Below, piece by piece: positions 36,151-49,811 of a DNA stretch of 64,000 nucleotides. The notes beneath the pieces are model-generated. The model worked only from the letters and a program-made list of their open reading frames with translations, was not told the origin of the DNA and did no database searches. Made by a program: the position numbers and the translations under genes. The DNA comes from Cirrosporium novae-zelandiae (lineage: Eukaryota): the NCBI GenBank assembly GCA_026023565.1, contig JAPETS010000059.1, positions 62,001-126,000 on the forward strand. Direction: 5' to 3'. The stretch's first letter is position 1. Every line of letters starts with the position of its first letter.

Positions 36151-37490
36151 GGTTGGAGGTGGAGATGGATCGGGATCAGGAGAATAGGTTAGCTGGGTTT
36201 GCCTGAGAAAAGTAATTTTTGCATGAAATCTGTGACGCCGGGAGGGGGGGGGGGGGGGGGGGGGCCAAGGGTGCTACCGTCGATAATTTTCCGAGAAACT
36301 ATGTGGGTGATGGTAGACGACGGTGGACACGGGAGTGAAACCCGATGATGGACATCTGACTAGATGAGGGAGGTGGATTGGGTCATGGTCTTGGATTCTT
36401 TCGAGGCTATGTCGACTATATTGTTTGGTATGAATGGGAGATGAATATCCTTTGGAAGCTTTGGGGCAATGAGGCTCGTGGAGTCGTGGGAAATCAAACA
36501 ATTGTGGGACTGGAACTGGCGAAAGGGGAACCAGAAGGAGAACCAAAAGGGAAAATTGTTGCTAGTCGACGGGGAACCTGTTAAGCTGATGAGATGAGGT
36601 CCGTGAGGATGATAAGTTTATGAAGTTTAGCTGAAGTTGGAATAACTTGATAACTATCTTTGTATTCTTCCATTTGACACAGTTGATCAGAGAGTAGTTC
36701 AACCTGGTTAAAATTCCAAGGCCATGGATTGGGACCTTGGAAGGTGATCTTTTTTAGTATATATACATTAGTAACCCATTAGTTAATCATTTCACATGAG
36801 ATGAATAATTGTCGAAAGAAAAGAAAAGAAAGAAAAAAGGAAAAAAAGGGAAAGGGAGGGAGAATTTAATTTAATTTCATTTATGATTATTATTATATAT
36901 GTATGCAGATTATGAACAGGGGAGATGTGATATTTTGTGTATCATCATTACCATCATTGTGGTTTCTTGTTGGTGTTCTTGTTTTTCATTTGAGGGGTTT
37001 TTTTTCTTTTCTTTTCTTTTCTTTTTTACTTTGGGGTGTGAGGGGGGGGGAGGGACATGGGGGTACATGGGGGGGTTACCTAGGGATAGTTGGGGGATAA
37101 ATTACGCTTTCTAGGTTGGATTTCGTCTAGTACTCGAGTAATTAATTAGGTTCCTTTTCTTATAATTGGATTACGACTAGTAAAAGCTGTAAAGTCAAAT
37201 CTCGGGAGATGGTCCGGCTTGGCCTTTTGGCTTTTTGGTCTTTGGGGGCATGACGGGTCTGACGGGGCATCTTCAAGACACTTCCGTAAGACACTTGTCA
37301 TCAAACCTTACTTGTTTTAGTTATTCCTCTCTTACTGTACCTATTACTACTTATTACCTACTGTAACCAAAAACAAGCCCTGCATGACCTGCATGAAAAG
37401 ATGCATGAGGGGTAAAGAAGCACACACTGTACACTCTATACACAGTACTCCCCCATCTCACGGTACATACACAACTTACTGCCCAATTAT

Positions 37491-37497
37491 CCCCCCC

Positions 37498-37573
<76 letters not shown>
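37491..37573. repeat. C28 homopolymer followed directly by A55
   Basis: Counted from the sequence. Confidence 0.9.
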
Positions 37574-37575
<2 letters not shown>

Positions 37576-38237
37576 TCTATTCTTTTACTGCTCTGCTCTC
37601 CTCTACTTACAGCTCCTACGTCTCCTAAATTATGGTTAACGCCATGTCCTCTACTAACTCATCTTCCACTACAAGTAGTCAAAAAAATAAGTTTCTTCGT
37701 ACCTGGCAGTAGTTCCCTATTTACCTTTTCATTCGAATTTCCTCAAACGGTTGCTTTCCTCTAAAAGGATGAGGCGGTTTGATCCACAATCGTTCGTCCC
37801 ATCCTTTCCCCTGATCCTTGTCCGCAATCAGGCACAGCATATGTAACCTGCTAGAAGTCAACCTCGTGCTGACTTTCTTATTTGCTTACTTTTTACATCC
37901 TGTTTTGCTGAAAAAATTCATGCCTGATCGACAAGAGCCACGAAGCCAGCTACTCAACTCTTCCCACTCTTGAAACAAAGGTCCCGGTCCATGCCACAAT
38001 TATCGTATTATTAACATATATATTTATATACAGTGCCTATTCGGACGCGTCATAGCATCCAACCCCATATATATTCGAGCAAGCATATTCAACATAGGGG
38101 TCCGACGGTTAGGTGTCCCGTCGCAGAGAGAGTGTGCGAAATTAAGATGAAGGTAAATAAGGTAGGTTAGGCATTAAATCGTTAACTCGTTCCCGGTCCT
38201 TCTCCAAGACCCTTCTATCCAATCATCTATACACCTA

Positions 38238-39383
38238 TTACAAAATTTGTTCCAGCAGCAAAATACTTCCTATTGCTACCATCACGGTGAACAAGCTAGG
38301 TGCCCCCGTGAACCTCGGATGAGCTGCACTTGTGATTGGAACAGAGTCATTGGCGAATGTAGGCCCACAGCCCAGGTCAACTTGCAACGCCGCAGCATTG
38401 TAGGTCCCACTTAGAGGTTGAGTGCCGTTGCTGGCATAATTGGTGTATAATGCCATGGTATCCCGGAGGCATTGATTGCATGTTGGTCGACTAGATCCAG
38501 GCAGAGTGGTGCCCAGCGGTAGATAGTAGATATAACTATCGGCTGTATTGGTAGTATTGGTGATGGCATTGGCAAAACAATAATTGCCTTCACCGTCACC
38601 AGATGTGGCGATGAGGCAAGAAGCTCGATATAAAGACTCGTATGCGATAAGGCCATTATAGGCTTGAACGACGACGGGATTTTGTCGCAAGTAGTCATTT
38701 CCACAGTATGAATCGGATATGAGATTCAGGGCGATGTTGTTTAGGACCGTCGTGCAATTTGCCAAGGAGACTGAACATGTATAGTCGAGGAGTCTTGTAG
38801 TTTTCACAAGGGACTTTTCTGTTTGGAAAAAGGATTGCGAGTTCTGGAGAAGGAGCGAGAATGGAAGGCAGGTTTGAAAATCATCGTCGCTTAAGAAGGT
38901 ATTGATGTATTTCGGGCAGGACGAAGTAGTATAGTTGGATCCGAGCGAGGTATCAAACGGAGTAGGAAGTGAACTTGATGAGACGGTGGCCGCGGTAGCC
39001 AACGTTGAAGATGGGGAAGATGTGGAAGATGTGGCGGTCGACGATGCATCATTTGCGCGCTCGAAAATCTCAAAGGGAGAGGTTCGTGGAACCGGAGAGG
39101 GTCGTGGATCAACAATAATTTGTCCCTTTCGGGAAAGTTGAGCCAAGGTCGATCCGTGCAAGGTTGGAATGTCAATGGCGGCTGCGGATGCAAGCGATAG
39201 CGACGACAAGAAGAGGAGAAATAAGGTAAAAATGGAATTGAAACTTAAAGACAAGAATAAACCGGCATGTCGCTGTGGTGATTGCGCAATAAGGATGGAA
39301 TGCGATGAAAAGTGATTCTCCTGAGGCACCGTTGGTGCTTCTCCCATGGCGTTGGACATGGAAGCATCATCAACTGTTATCAT
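38238..39383 (-). CDS. Conserved fungal Cys-rich cell-surface/membrane protein (DUF7729-like)
   Basis: Hydrophobic segment, Ser/Thr stretch, LPTPFD...C..CLPFSLLLQNS..., C-terminal hydrophobic GPI-like tail. Family name from recall. Confidence 0.7.
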   Translation of the reverse strand: MITVDDASMSNAMGEAPTVPQENHFSSHSILIAQSPQRHAGLFLSLSFNSIFTLFLLFLSSLSLASAAAIDIPTLHGSTLAQLSRKGQIIVDPRPSPVPRTSPFEIFERANDASSTATSSTSSPSSTLATAATVSSSSLPTPFDTSLGSNYTTSSCPKYINTFLSDDDFQTCLPFSLLLQNSQSFFQTEKSLVKTTRLLDYTCSVSLANCTTVLNNIALNLISDSYCGNDYLRQNPVVVQAYNGLIAYESLYRASCLIATSGDGEGNYCFANAITNTTNTADSYIYYLPLGTTLPGSSRPTCNQCLRDTMALYTNYASNGTQPLSGTYNAAALQVDLGCGPTFANDSVPITSAAHPRFTGAPSLFTVMVAIGSILLLEQIL

Positions 39384-42300
39384 CGTCCCCGAAGGTGTTG
39401 TATTGGATGCTCAGGCATGACCAAATGTCGCTTTGATGGAAGAGAATTGCGCAAGAATAAAAAGATGAGCGCAATGCTGTCCTTCCCCTATCGTGCACGT
39501 TGTTGTTGGTTTTGCTTCGAATTGCGCAACAGTACTTTCCCCGCTCAGCTAGTTCTTCATTAATGTAGGATCGGATTCTGGGATCTTATTCAGGTGTTGA
39601 TCAACCAATCTTAACAACGGTGAAGAAATGAGCGATAGACCGATGTAAGCTAGGTTTGATGCAGATAAATTGATAAAAGAATGACTGTAGTTGGTAATGA
39701 AGGGAGGGAGTGGATGCGCTGCAGCAAATATTCCTTCACCTTCACCCAAATATTAATATTATATTTTTTTTTCTCCTGTGAATTCCCTCGAGGTCCCTTC
39801 GAACGACACTTGGGAACTGTGAGAGGGTCAGAGGTATAGATATGAACGAGGGCCCATGAAAAGGCTCTTTGGGCTGGAACGCGCACACTCTGGGGTCAAG
39901 TTCCTTTTCAAGCCAACAAGCTACGCAACACAATGGAAGATTGGGAATCCTGGACGCCACGCTGGAGGCTAGTTACAGTGACAGACGGTGGTGGCTACCT
40001 TATTCCGGTGTAATATAGAAAAATATTCCTGATTTAGAAGATGCAGATATGAGATTAGGGGAGGGACACGGTGATATGGCTGGAAATAGATTGAAAATCA
40101 TCCTTGTGTGAAGAGCGGTGGTTTTGAGGGGATCGATAGTACACGCCAGGAGGACCAGGAGGGGGCCAGGGCTTCAGCCAAATGAAAAAATCCCTTTAGC
40201 TCCGATGGTAGCCCCATCCAACCCTTTCATTGCTACACCTTGGAGGAGTATATTAGAAGTAATTGCAATTGCAAGAATAATTATTTCATTTCTAGTTTTT
40301 ATCAGTTTCTTGTTGACTTGAATTCTTTAGAGTAAATCTAAATGATTATATATATTATTATGCTTCTTATGCTTCTTATGATTGTTATGAGTATTATGAG
40401 TATTATAACTAGTCTCGGTACACTCCCAGGGGTGTGTGATTATCGATGGATCACCCTCGCTACCGAATATAAAGTATTTGTAAAAGTGGCCATGGCTTTT
40501 GTTTGGCGTTTGGATGTGATCTAGAGTAGTTGTGAAAAAACTAATCAGTTACTAATCCATCAGGTGAATTATTTGAAACAGTTATATTAACACTATCTAT
40601 TTATATTATTTGACGGTGAAGGAACTTGCTTGTCGTTGTTTTGTTCTTTTTTTTCCATTCTCTTTTCTCTTTTCTTTAGTGTGTGTGTATGCGTATAATT
40701 ATATGTGTGTGTGTTTGTATAATGAGAGCCCCGGAAGTGAATGCCTGAGGCTGATGCACAACAGGTTCCCCCGCCGATAGCCGAATGAATATAACCAAAT
40801 TCATTGGTCCAAAAGCCACACTGTCAAGTTTGAATTTTTCGATAGTCACCTAATAGCCAATATCCAATGACCTGATTTCCTTACTATCGATTTCATGCAG
40901 CACACGTCTGATTTCCACTCAACTACTTATCCTTAGCCTATCGATCTTTAACTCCACAATATTCCACAATCGATTCTTCCAGACTTAACAAACCTTCCCG
41001 AGGCTCTGAGAATTTCAGTCGACATCATCTGACTCCAACATCAAAGATGATCAGATCAGATAGCGATAGGATGAGTTGAATGGATCCATCTTGCTAATGG
41101 ATTGCATCTGAACTTCCGATGGTTAATGTTTAGTTCCCTTCATAACCGTCCTTTGTCAGTCCACTCATGTTCTGGCCCCAAGCCTCAAGTCGAGACAAGC
41201 AATCGGAATATGTACTATAAACACCGAAGCCGTTTGTCCTACCCTTAACGTCATGTCTGGGGTTCCATCGGGCTTGCATCTTGCATCTGGGAGGCTTGAT
41301 GCATATGGGGCTTGCAGATCAACCGACTCTCGCTTATTATCGTCGAGTACATGTTCCAAAGGGACCCCTGCAGACTAGATGATGACACAAGATCTTGACT
41401 CTGAATCAACTCTTTACGCAGTTTCAAGAACGGGGGAATACAATCAAAAGTTTCAAGAAGTTGGCCGTTTGTTTCTGGAATACAGCACATGCTTCGAAGC
41501 TTTGGGGCTTCAACCTACTCAGCCCTAGGTTGGACAAGATGTATTCAGCCCGCCACTATAGAGACTCGATGGTCTTTGTCAGACGGGGTTGTCGCCAGTG
41601 TTCCCGCGGATCTGGGGACATTCCATGGATGATCCCATAGAGGATTCTAGAGAGGGATGATCGACGCTGAGATACGACATGCATCCTTTATTCGGATTTC
41701 TTGGAGACAAATCGTAATCGAGCATCTCCCAATGAATGCTAAACCGTTGGATTTCGGTTTATAGATTCGTCTGACCTTGAACTTGGATAAATCGCCGAAA
41801 CTCTTTCACCAATTTGGTTAGAGTACTTATTCTTGTGCTGCCCAGATGCGGAGCTAAGATTTAATTCACTTAGCTTTGCTTTACGAAATCAAGGCATATA
41901 CCCATGAATCGGCTTTCTGTGGAATATGTAATTACTCATTTGTGGCCTTGCATCACTTGAAATACGCCGGAGACTATGTTCCCGCATCAGTCAGCCTTCC
42001 CCGAACCTCCCCGATATTTTGAACAGCTCTAGAGTACGGAATTTTGATTACTTGATTACCGATATCCGCCTTTTCGATGTATGAGGAACCATGTGGGCTG
42101 GGTTATACATCCCTATATTGGTCAGATTCCATATAAAAACAGGTTATTCAATGCTATGGGGTTGTCAACCTGTTTTCTTGGAAAGGTTTAGAGGTGAATA
42201 GTTTGGCGATTTTCAGATACCCACTGGACTGGACCGTCGTTACTTTCATACATGCCGGAGTTACTGTTAGTACTTCATGGAAGTAAATGAAAGTATTGCC

Positions 42301-43187
42301 TAGTAGAATGCCCATATCCGTTATCTGTGAGTAGGACTCGAAGATAATCATAACCTAAGACTAACAAATCTCGATAACTCATTACACCAAACAGCGTGTG
42401 AAACATAAGACTTTGGAGGCACCCCAAATGTGGAGATGCGGGAAAAGAGTGTAGTGTGTGGATGAGGTATCGTGACTAATGTACTAAGCTAACCTGGTTT
42501 TTCCATTCAACCATCTTGGAGTACTATACCACTTTTCGCCCTTTCGTGTTCCTATTAAGAATGGATCGTCTCCGTCTAATGATAAGTCAGCATCACTGTT
42601 CCCGATGCTCAATATAGACAGCAGTTCTAGCTACTGATAATAACCAGCTGTCATCGTGCCATTTAGTGGATTAGCTATATGAAATGACCATTCGAGAAAC
42701 AAACCAAAGCATAACCAAGGAGTCACCTAGTTCCCAAAACCAACTCATTTGATGCCTGAATATGCCTAACCCCCTGAAGCAAATTCCCACTTCAAGAATT
42801 TCCACTGTACACGGTTTATCGCGATCAGGACATCCTTAGAAGTTCAACACTCCTTCATAATGACTACGGCCTTGCCAAATCTAGGACTTTAGGGGTTCTT
42901 GTCCATATACGAGGACCAATTCAAGCCTAACCCCCCAAACTTCTTTCCTGCAAATGTTTTCTTTGCCTTAATGATTCCCGGCTGTGTGTCGTTCGACATC
43001 GTGCTCATTCTCTGAGTGTTGGCATAATTTCGTTCTTGATCAGAAAGTCATGATAATAGAGACCCCCACACAAATTCGATGCTGTATATCCTGCTTGATC
43101 TCATGATTCCTGCTACTGTGTACATCTTTCCAATATTGTATAAGATTCCTCCGCAACCACAACTTTTCCCACACTCTCCACAGTATG

Positions 43188-43400
43188 CTTTCGACGTGTG
43201 AGATGAAAGCGACCAGCCCCAAAGGCGGAGCCAGAAGTGACCCTGAGGAGGCCTTTAAAGAAAACCAATTTTTCATAATAATTCAATTTGAAGCTCTCTC
43301 AATGCCTGAATGATAGATTAGTTGTGAATATATATAAATTGATTTTGCTTGAAGGTCCCCCCAAGGTCACTTTTCTAAGTTCATTTTTACGCGTCCAAAG
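43188..43400. mobile_element. MITE family B copy (213 bp)
   Basis: Begins ctttcgacgtgtgagatgaaagcgaccag, ends tcatttttacgcgtccaaag+TA; collinear with 59602-59847. Confidence 0.8.
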
Positions 43401-43857
43401 TAATGGGCCGGGTACCATATCATTCGACGTTTCATTAAACATGCCCTGGACCCACTGATTATCTTGGCGAGTCCTTCTGCTAGCAGTGTAAAAGACCTGC
43501 TATCCAAAAAAACAGGACTCTCACTTTCTCTTTAAACAATCCGGTCTTTGAGTTGGCTATGTAAACAGTGGATCACCATCAAGCCTAATTCTTTGTCAAG
43601 TATTACTCGCTGCCGTCCTAATTCACACGTACATTTTGGCCAGATGGAGGTTGAAAGATTCCACAGTAATGAATGGGAACTAAGCATGCATACATAGCGG
43701 TGACTCGTGGGGTGATGATAACGGAGATGTTGAAGAGGTATAACATTCCACTGATTCTGCTTTCTTAAGCTCTTAAATATAAGTCCTTTATATTATTTGC
43801 TTCCATTTCAGAGCCGCATGAAAGTAGTACGAATACATTACCACTCAAGACAACCGA

Positions 43858-45019
43858 TTACCCAGTGAAAAAATTCCCGGCTTCAATCTCCCCGAACGCC
43901 TTCATAGTATGATTCCAGACTCTTTCAGAGAGGCCTTCTTCCCGGATTTTCTCGTATGCCTTCCCCGTCGGGATTATCTCCCCGTTCCAGGTGACTCTAT
44001 AGGCGCCGCCACCGACCATACCATCGGAGGATATTGCTATCTCAAAATTGCTTGCACTCTTCGAAGTCTCTTCTGTACTGTTTAATGGCCGAGCTGGAAA
44101 TCGAGGCGATGCAAGAAATAGCACCCGCTCACCACATTCCATCGTTGGAACAGCAAGCGGCCAGACAACAGGAGCCACCAGGAAGCGCCACATCCATCTG
44201 GCCCATCTCGGTAGATCCCCATTTTCAGCGACTTTTGTCATGACTAGGCCTGGGTAGACGTGTGCCAAGGAGAGACGACCAGCATGTCTTGCGGCTAGGT
44301 TCTCCATAAAAAAAGTAGTCATATACACGGCATGAGAGGCATTAGTTGCAAGACCGTAGTGCGTAGGGTCACGGAGTGATAGGTCATCAGGAAAGATTTT
44401 GCCTTCACGTCCTGGAGCAAAGATCGACACGACACGCCCAGAAAGCGGAGACGCAAGAAGCAGAGGAAGAAGCTGTGTGACGAATCGCATGCGAGAGTAG
44501 TACACCAGGGACAAGACCGTATCGAGCCCTTCCTTTGTTTCTATTCATTTTTTTAGAGGGCAAGTATACTAGCCATCGGAGGATGACAAAATCAAATATG
44601 TTGCAAGGAAAAATAATATATCTACCTTTTCGCGACTCAAGTGATAGATACCCCTGAGTCATGACCAGCAAGTCTACTCTCGGTATTCCGCCCGTCGTGT
44701 TCGCCTCCCCCTCAGCTTGTACAATCTCAGCGCAGACACGATCAACGTCCTTCAAAAGAGAAAGATCATTTGCACGTACAAATCGAAACTGCCCCGTCGG
44801 GCATACCTCAAGGCAGTCGGAAATAATTTTCTCAGCAGCATCATTGTTCCTCCCAACAATATAAAGACGGAGTCCTTTTCCCCTGTTCGCATGGGTGGCA
44901 GTTAGAGCGCGCACGCTGCACTCCCCGATACCAGAAGTACCGCCGACGAAGACGGCCACGAGCGGTTGGGTCTCGACGAGTATGGCATTGCAGGCGTGGA
45001 CTATATCAAGATGAACCAT
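43858..45019 (-). CDS. Short-chain dehydrogenase/reductase-like oxidoreductase, 2 exons (intron 44541-44625)
   Basis: AVFVGGTSGIGE Rossmann motif, DLSLL, ETKEGLD...YYSRMRF and HVYPGLV. Confidence 0.9.
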
Positions 45020-45653
45020 GACTGGACAAGGGAGATTTGAAAGCTATGGAGCTCCCTCAAATCTTGCGGTATGAGAGTTTGTGGCCGAGCTGTTGCTGCT
45101 GCTGCTGATAATGCGGAAAGCAGACATCAAAAGATAATATAAAGAGCAAACTAGAAAGTTCAAATCGGGGTAGAGTTGACCCGATTCCCTCCACACCGGA
45201 CAGGTTTCCGAAGCGGCATAAAGTAGATCGATTCCAGTAATATGGTAGGACTATAAATATTAGCATCCACACTAACTCCATCTTGTCTCCTAGCAACCAA
45301 TGATGAAGGTCATCCTCAGGTGGCTGATTCGGACTTCGGAGTAATTATCTCTAATTATTCTGTAGCAGTGCCCTACGCGAGAAGTATTGAAGATGACTGA
45401 AGAAGAGTGCTGTAAGGGCGGAGGTGATGGTAGGCGAAACTGTGTGGCAAGTTCCTTAAGGGGCCAACCCGTGTGTGTCTACTTAGTTTGTACCCCACAT
45501 TAACTTAAAGCTCAAAGCCAGCAACCCCACACCAGCTGTATCCACTGGAATGAATTTATTTTGAGTTGTTAGTGGTCCTAACCATTATTGGCTTTGAAAT
45601 TGTCTGCTAATTATTTAGTGTCACCGATAAGTGAATACTCAAGTCCCCTTGCG

Positions 45654-48040
45654 ATGTCGTTCTATTCGAGGCGTTTGTGTGAGATATGCCAGCGTGGCCC
45701 AGAAATTGTCCACGATACTTTCAACACATGGGAATACTATATCCAGGCTTGTTAGGCTCTAGTGTTGTGTTTAATATAATGGATATTAATTGGAGAGCAG
45801 TAACCTGCACTGAAGATGGGCCCGTTCTGAGTGATTTATTCAAATTCAAGCTCGTCCCGAGAACACGTATTGGGTCACTTGCTGTGGATTACTCTGACAG
45901 TAGTCTGCCTCCGGCATTTCTGATCCACCGGCACTGTTTATCATGTCTCGGCAACGGTGAACCTCCTGCTTTAGAAAATGTGTATAACCTTTGTGTGAGC
46001 TTACGACCGGAGCAGAACTATGAACATGGTTTTGATACTATAGCTGATCCACTTTCATTATGTTGTGAGTATTTTATAAAAGAATGTTAGGCTCAAAACA
46101 GCTCATAGTTATAATTAGGCTCTTCCAATCCTTTTAGTCCTGAGTTTCGCGCCAATTTCATGAAACCATTGAGGAATATATTTACCGTTCGACGAGAAGG
46201 GTCAAACCATCTTAGGAACCTACCTTTGGAAATATGCTATATGGTATTTGCATATTTATCACCCATCGATCTTGCGTTGTGCTCCTTCCTATCCATAGAC
46301 CTTGATCTTCAAATTCGCCATTTCTGCAATACAGGTATGGTGAAGCGCTTTCTTAGCAACGTTGGGGTCACCTGGAATATTTTCAAAGACTATATTCTTG
46401 CAGACAGAGGCAATACTTCAACAGATGCTTTGAATAATCTATGGGTATTATTACTCAATGGTCAAGCCCTCGGAAAATTATTACCTGATTATGAATCAAA
46501 GATTTCAGATAGCCCTCAACGGTTGCATATACGGGATTTAGATCAGCCTGTTTCCTTTTTCACAAGGTGCGTTCTGTCACGGCGATATTTATGTGGTTTC
46601 AAAATGAAAGACGGCAGTGTGTTTGGCGTACAATCTAAGTCTTTTCATAACACAAATTCTTTCATCGATCAGGACAACGTTATCTCATTTTGCATCAATG
46701 GTCAAGGAGTGAAAGGCTTGCGCATTGGCCAGTATGTGTGGGAAGGTGATTGCCCACTTTCTCCTACCTGGACTGGCTATTGGTTTTGTGACAAAATGTC
46801 ACAGATATTTTGTATATTTGATGTAAGTATTGTGGTTAATTGTTAGCAGATAACTGGACTAACAGACATTAGGGGTGCAAGCTTCGTGTACCATCAAGAA
46901 AACCAAAACTATCACAGTGGCCATTAATAAACCCGACTTTTGAAAGAAAGGTATTGTTAGCGCAAAATATAATGGCTAGAAGACCACAACTCTGTGCAGC
47001 GAACTACGTGACTACAGAGTATTTGGTTGAACGTGAGCTCCACTTCCTTGCCGCTGAAATGATCCCAATGCCAGTTAATGGGGGAAGAATCACATTCTTT
47101 TTTCGGCAAAGTTCCTCTTATGTTCACGGTATAGAAGTGTGTTCAGGTAATCATCATTACATCGTAGGAATTTGCGATGGTTACGCAGTCAATTTTCCAG
47201 TTGCTCCGCAGGAAGTTGTTCAAAAAATTGAAGTTAGGGTTCCAACTAATCCCAATTTCAATTTCAAGTCATTAGATTTGAAGGTATATACCAACTGCCA
47301 GATTCAATGTTTATTGATTTTAATTAAATTTGATAGTTTTACACCACTCGCAGACAATGTTTCTTCGGTCCGTATTTATCAAATGGCTACACAAGTTATG
47401 TCCTCAAACCAGCGGAGAATCAATATCTTAGTGGGATCTTTTTAAGAAGGAGCCGTCACCTGAGACATGTTGTTTCGTTTGGAATAACCTGTGAGGATTC
47501 TGAGGAAACTGAAAGGGCTCTCACAAAAATCAAATCGGAAAATCCGACACCACCACCACCACCAATTACTTTTCCAAGACCGCTCCGAGGAACGGAACAC
47601 AGTACATTTCATCATTTCGCCAAGCTCACTCAGGTCAAAGGGATTGGTTGGCACATGAATGATTATGGCCGTTGCATAGGGTTGCAGGTTTTGTATAAAG
47701 ATGGTAGCACAGAAGAAACATTGGGCCGTTGGCAGAGAACTGAGCCAGCCATAGAATGGTTGGAGGAGGATGAAGATCTAACTTCTATGTGCATCACAAC
47801 AACTAGATCCCAGTACCATGTATTGATGATTTCCTTCAAGACAACTTTTCACAAAAGGCTGGGCCCTGACCCGGGTGATGAATGTCGAACAATCCATTCA
47901 ATTAAACAATATACGGTAAGAACCAAAATTCCAATTTCCTACAAATTACTTATCTCAAATAATAGGCTATTGTATGGTATCACAACGAATCTGCAGATAT
48001 CCTACGGACTTATGATTACAGCCTGGATACAAATTCATAA
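45654..48040 (+). CDS. F-box domain protein (DUF7600-like), about 6 exons
   Basis: N-terminal CEIC motif, F-box-like RNLPLEICYMVFAYLSPIDL, and C-terminal beta-rich segments (CIGLQVLYKDG...LGRW). Exons join across GT-AG introns. Confidence 0.75.
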
Positions 48041-48161
48041 TATACCCAGTACAGGAAGGCCAGAGGTTATGTGGGATAAAGAAATAAGATTTTCATGAGA
48101 CTACAAACCACAATAGTGTCTCCTACAACTCTACGCCACTCAGCTAGACAGCTGCCGTGAG

Positions 48162-48985
48162 TCAACTCGTTCGAATGAAAGGACACCAAACGCTTTGCCC
48201 TTCGGAATTAACATAGAAAAATCTTTCCGCGGCCTCATTCCAGGTTACCGTTCCATCGGGTTCGATGGAGGGAAGATTCGTAACAGGATCTGACACAGGG
48301 AGAGAAGGCTTATTGGCAACGATTGTCTTAAAACAATCATAAAGACTTTGACCCTGCGTATTATCGCCTACGTCATAGTAGTGCGCGATATCTTCTGGAT
48401 TCCCTGGCCACATGGGTGAAACGTTGATATAGTTGGGACCGTCTTTGTTCGCACTCCATAGTCGAACCCGTCCACCAAACGCTGCCCCTGCCCATAGGTA
48501 GGGGGCAGATGGGTTTTCCCCAAAGAATTCAGCTATGTATCCGAGGAGCTGGTTTTCGAGCAGGCGTATTCCTTGTGGCAATGCCGACTTCTTGCAGTCG
48601 ATGATGGCAAGATAAATCTTTCACAAATCGTGGTCAAAATATATCAAGTAAATATCCAAATGGGTCAGTCCTCCACTATAATGCTGTTAACTGTTGACAA
48701 AAACATTAGGCTCATCATTCAAAAACACTTTATTCAAAATATTTTCCATAAGGGCGGTAGTTGCGGATTCATCGGATTGGGGGTCTTCAGCAAGCCGGTA
48801 TGATGCTTCCAGGCTTATTGTCGTGATAAGACCGTGGGGTTGAAAGGTCTCATGAGAGCCCGCCTGAAGGTAGATGAAATGTCGTTAGCTTATATAGCTT
48901 ATTGCTTATTGCCTGTACTTACTGGTTGGCCCGCTGGGGCTTTACTATTGCCTTTAGGCATTCTGTCTGAGGGTTAGAGGAGCCT
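48162..48985 (-). pseudogene. Fungal hypothetical protein with PD-(D/E)xK-like motif and two in-frame stops (5' extent uncertain)
   Basis: Continuous frame ...DESATTALMENILNKVF...NS*QH...LDIYL...DL*KIYLAIIDCKK...LENQLLGY; TAA at 48687-48689 and TGA at 48621-48623. Confidence 0.6.
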
Positions 48986-49364
48986 AAGTTTCTCGAAAGT
49001 TAGCTATTGATTTGTTGTTCAAATATTATAGACTTACCGAAATTTGTAATATTAATTAATAAAATATGAGAATAAAAATAAAAACTAAAAAACAAAAACG
49101 AAAACAGTCCTCTGATAATTTATAATTACCTTGGTCCAACTTTCCAGCTATATAGGGCATAAATCAATACTTGGTTGACCCTGTTGCTGCCTGTGAAGTG
49201 CCAACCAACGGTCCCCAATAATGACATGATATTGGCTCCCCGTCGAGGGCATCGCGTCAAGGATTCCCTTACCCCAGTTAACTCTTGGTCACCTTGCATT
49301 TACGGTTGCGCCCTGTTGGAGCAAGGTGTAACATAACCAGTAGTTACACCAGAGCCTTTCTACT

Positions 49365-49505
49365 CAGGGAAGGGAATAGACCAGACTAGATCGGTCTGAC
49401 ATGGTCAAAATAACCTTATGTTGGGATGGCATGGATCAGCAGTAAGGACGTTCACGACTGTTGCTGCACTTCAGACCGGTCTGGTCTGGTCTATTCCCTT
49501 CACTG
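49365..49505. mobile_element. MITE family A, best-preserved copy (141 bp, about 35-bp TIRs)
   Basis: Left cagggaagggaatagaccagactagatcggtctga; reverse complement of the right end cagtgaagggaatagaccagaccagaccggtctga. Confidence 0.85.
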
Positions 49506-49811
49506 ACAAGGAATTTACACTGGCTTCTACTCCCACCCCCCACCGTACACTAGTACTTCAATTGAATGATTGGAAATTCGATGACGGTTGTAGAGAATTT
49601 CTTGAAAGCTAAAAGTATATATTGATTTGAATATTGCACAAACGGTAATAGGAAAAATATATTCATTAGGTACCTTGCAAGTCCTTGCTTGGAGCTGCAT
49701 AAAAAAATCGATTACAGCTTTTCTTTATCGCTTCTCCTAGTAGCATTAGCTAACAGTCACAATAACCATCATTTTTCCATTCCCTTCTCCCCTAGTCAGG
49801 GGCATTACTCA

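Noticed and set aside
37384..37764. 126-aa ORF with poly-Pro/poly-Lys
   Set aside because: Artefact of the C28/A55 homopolymers.
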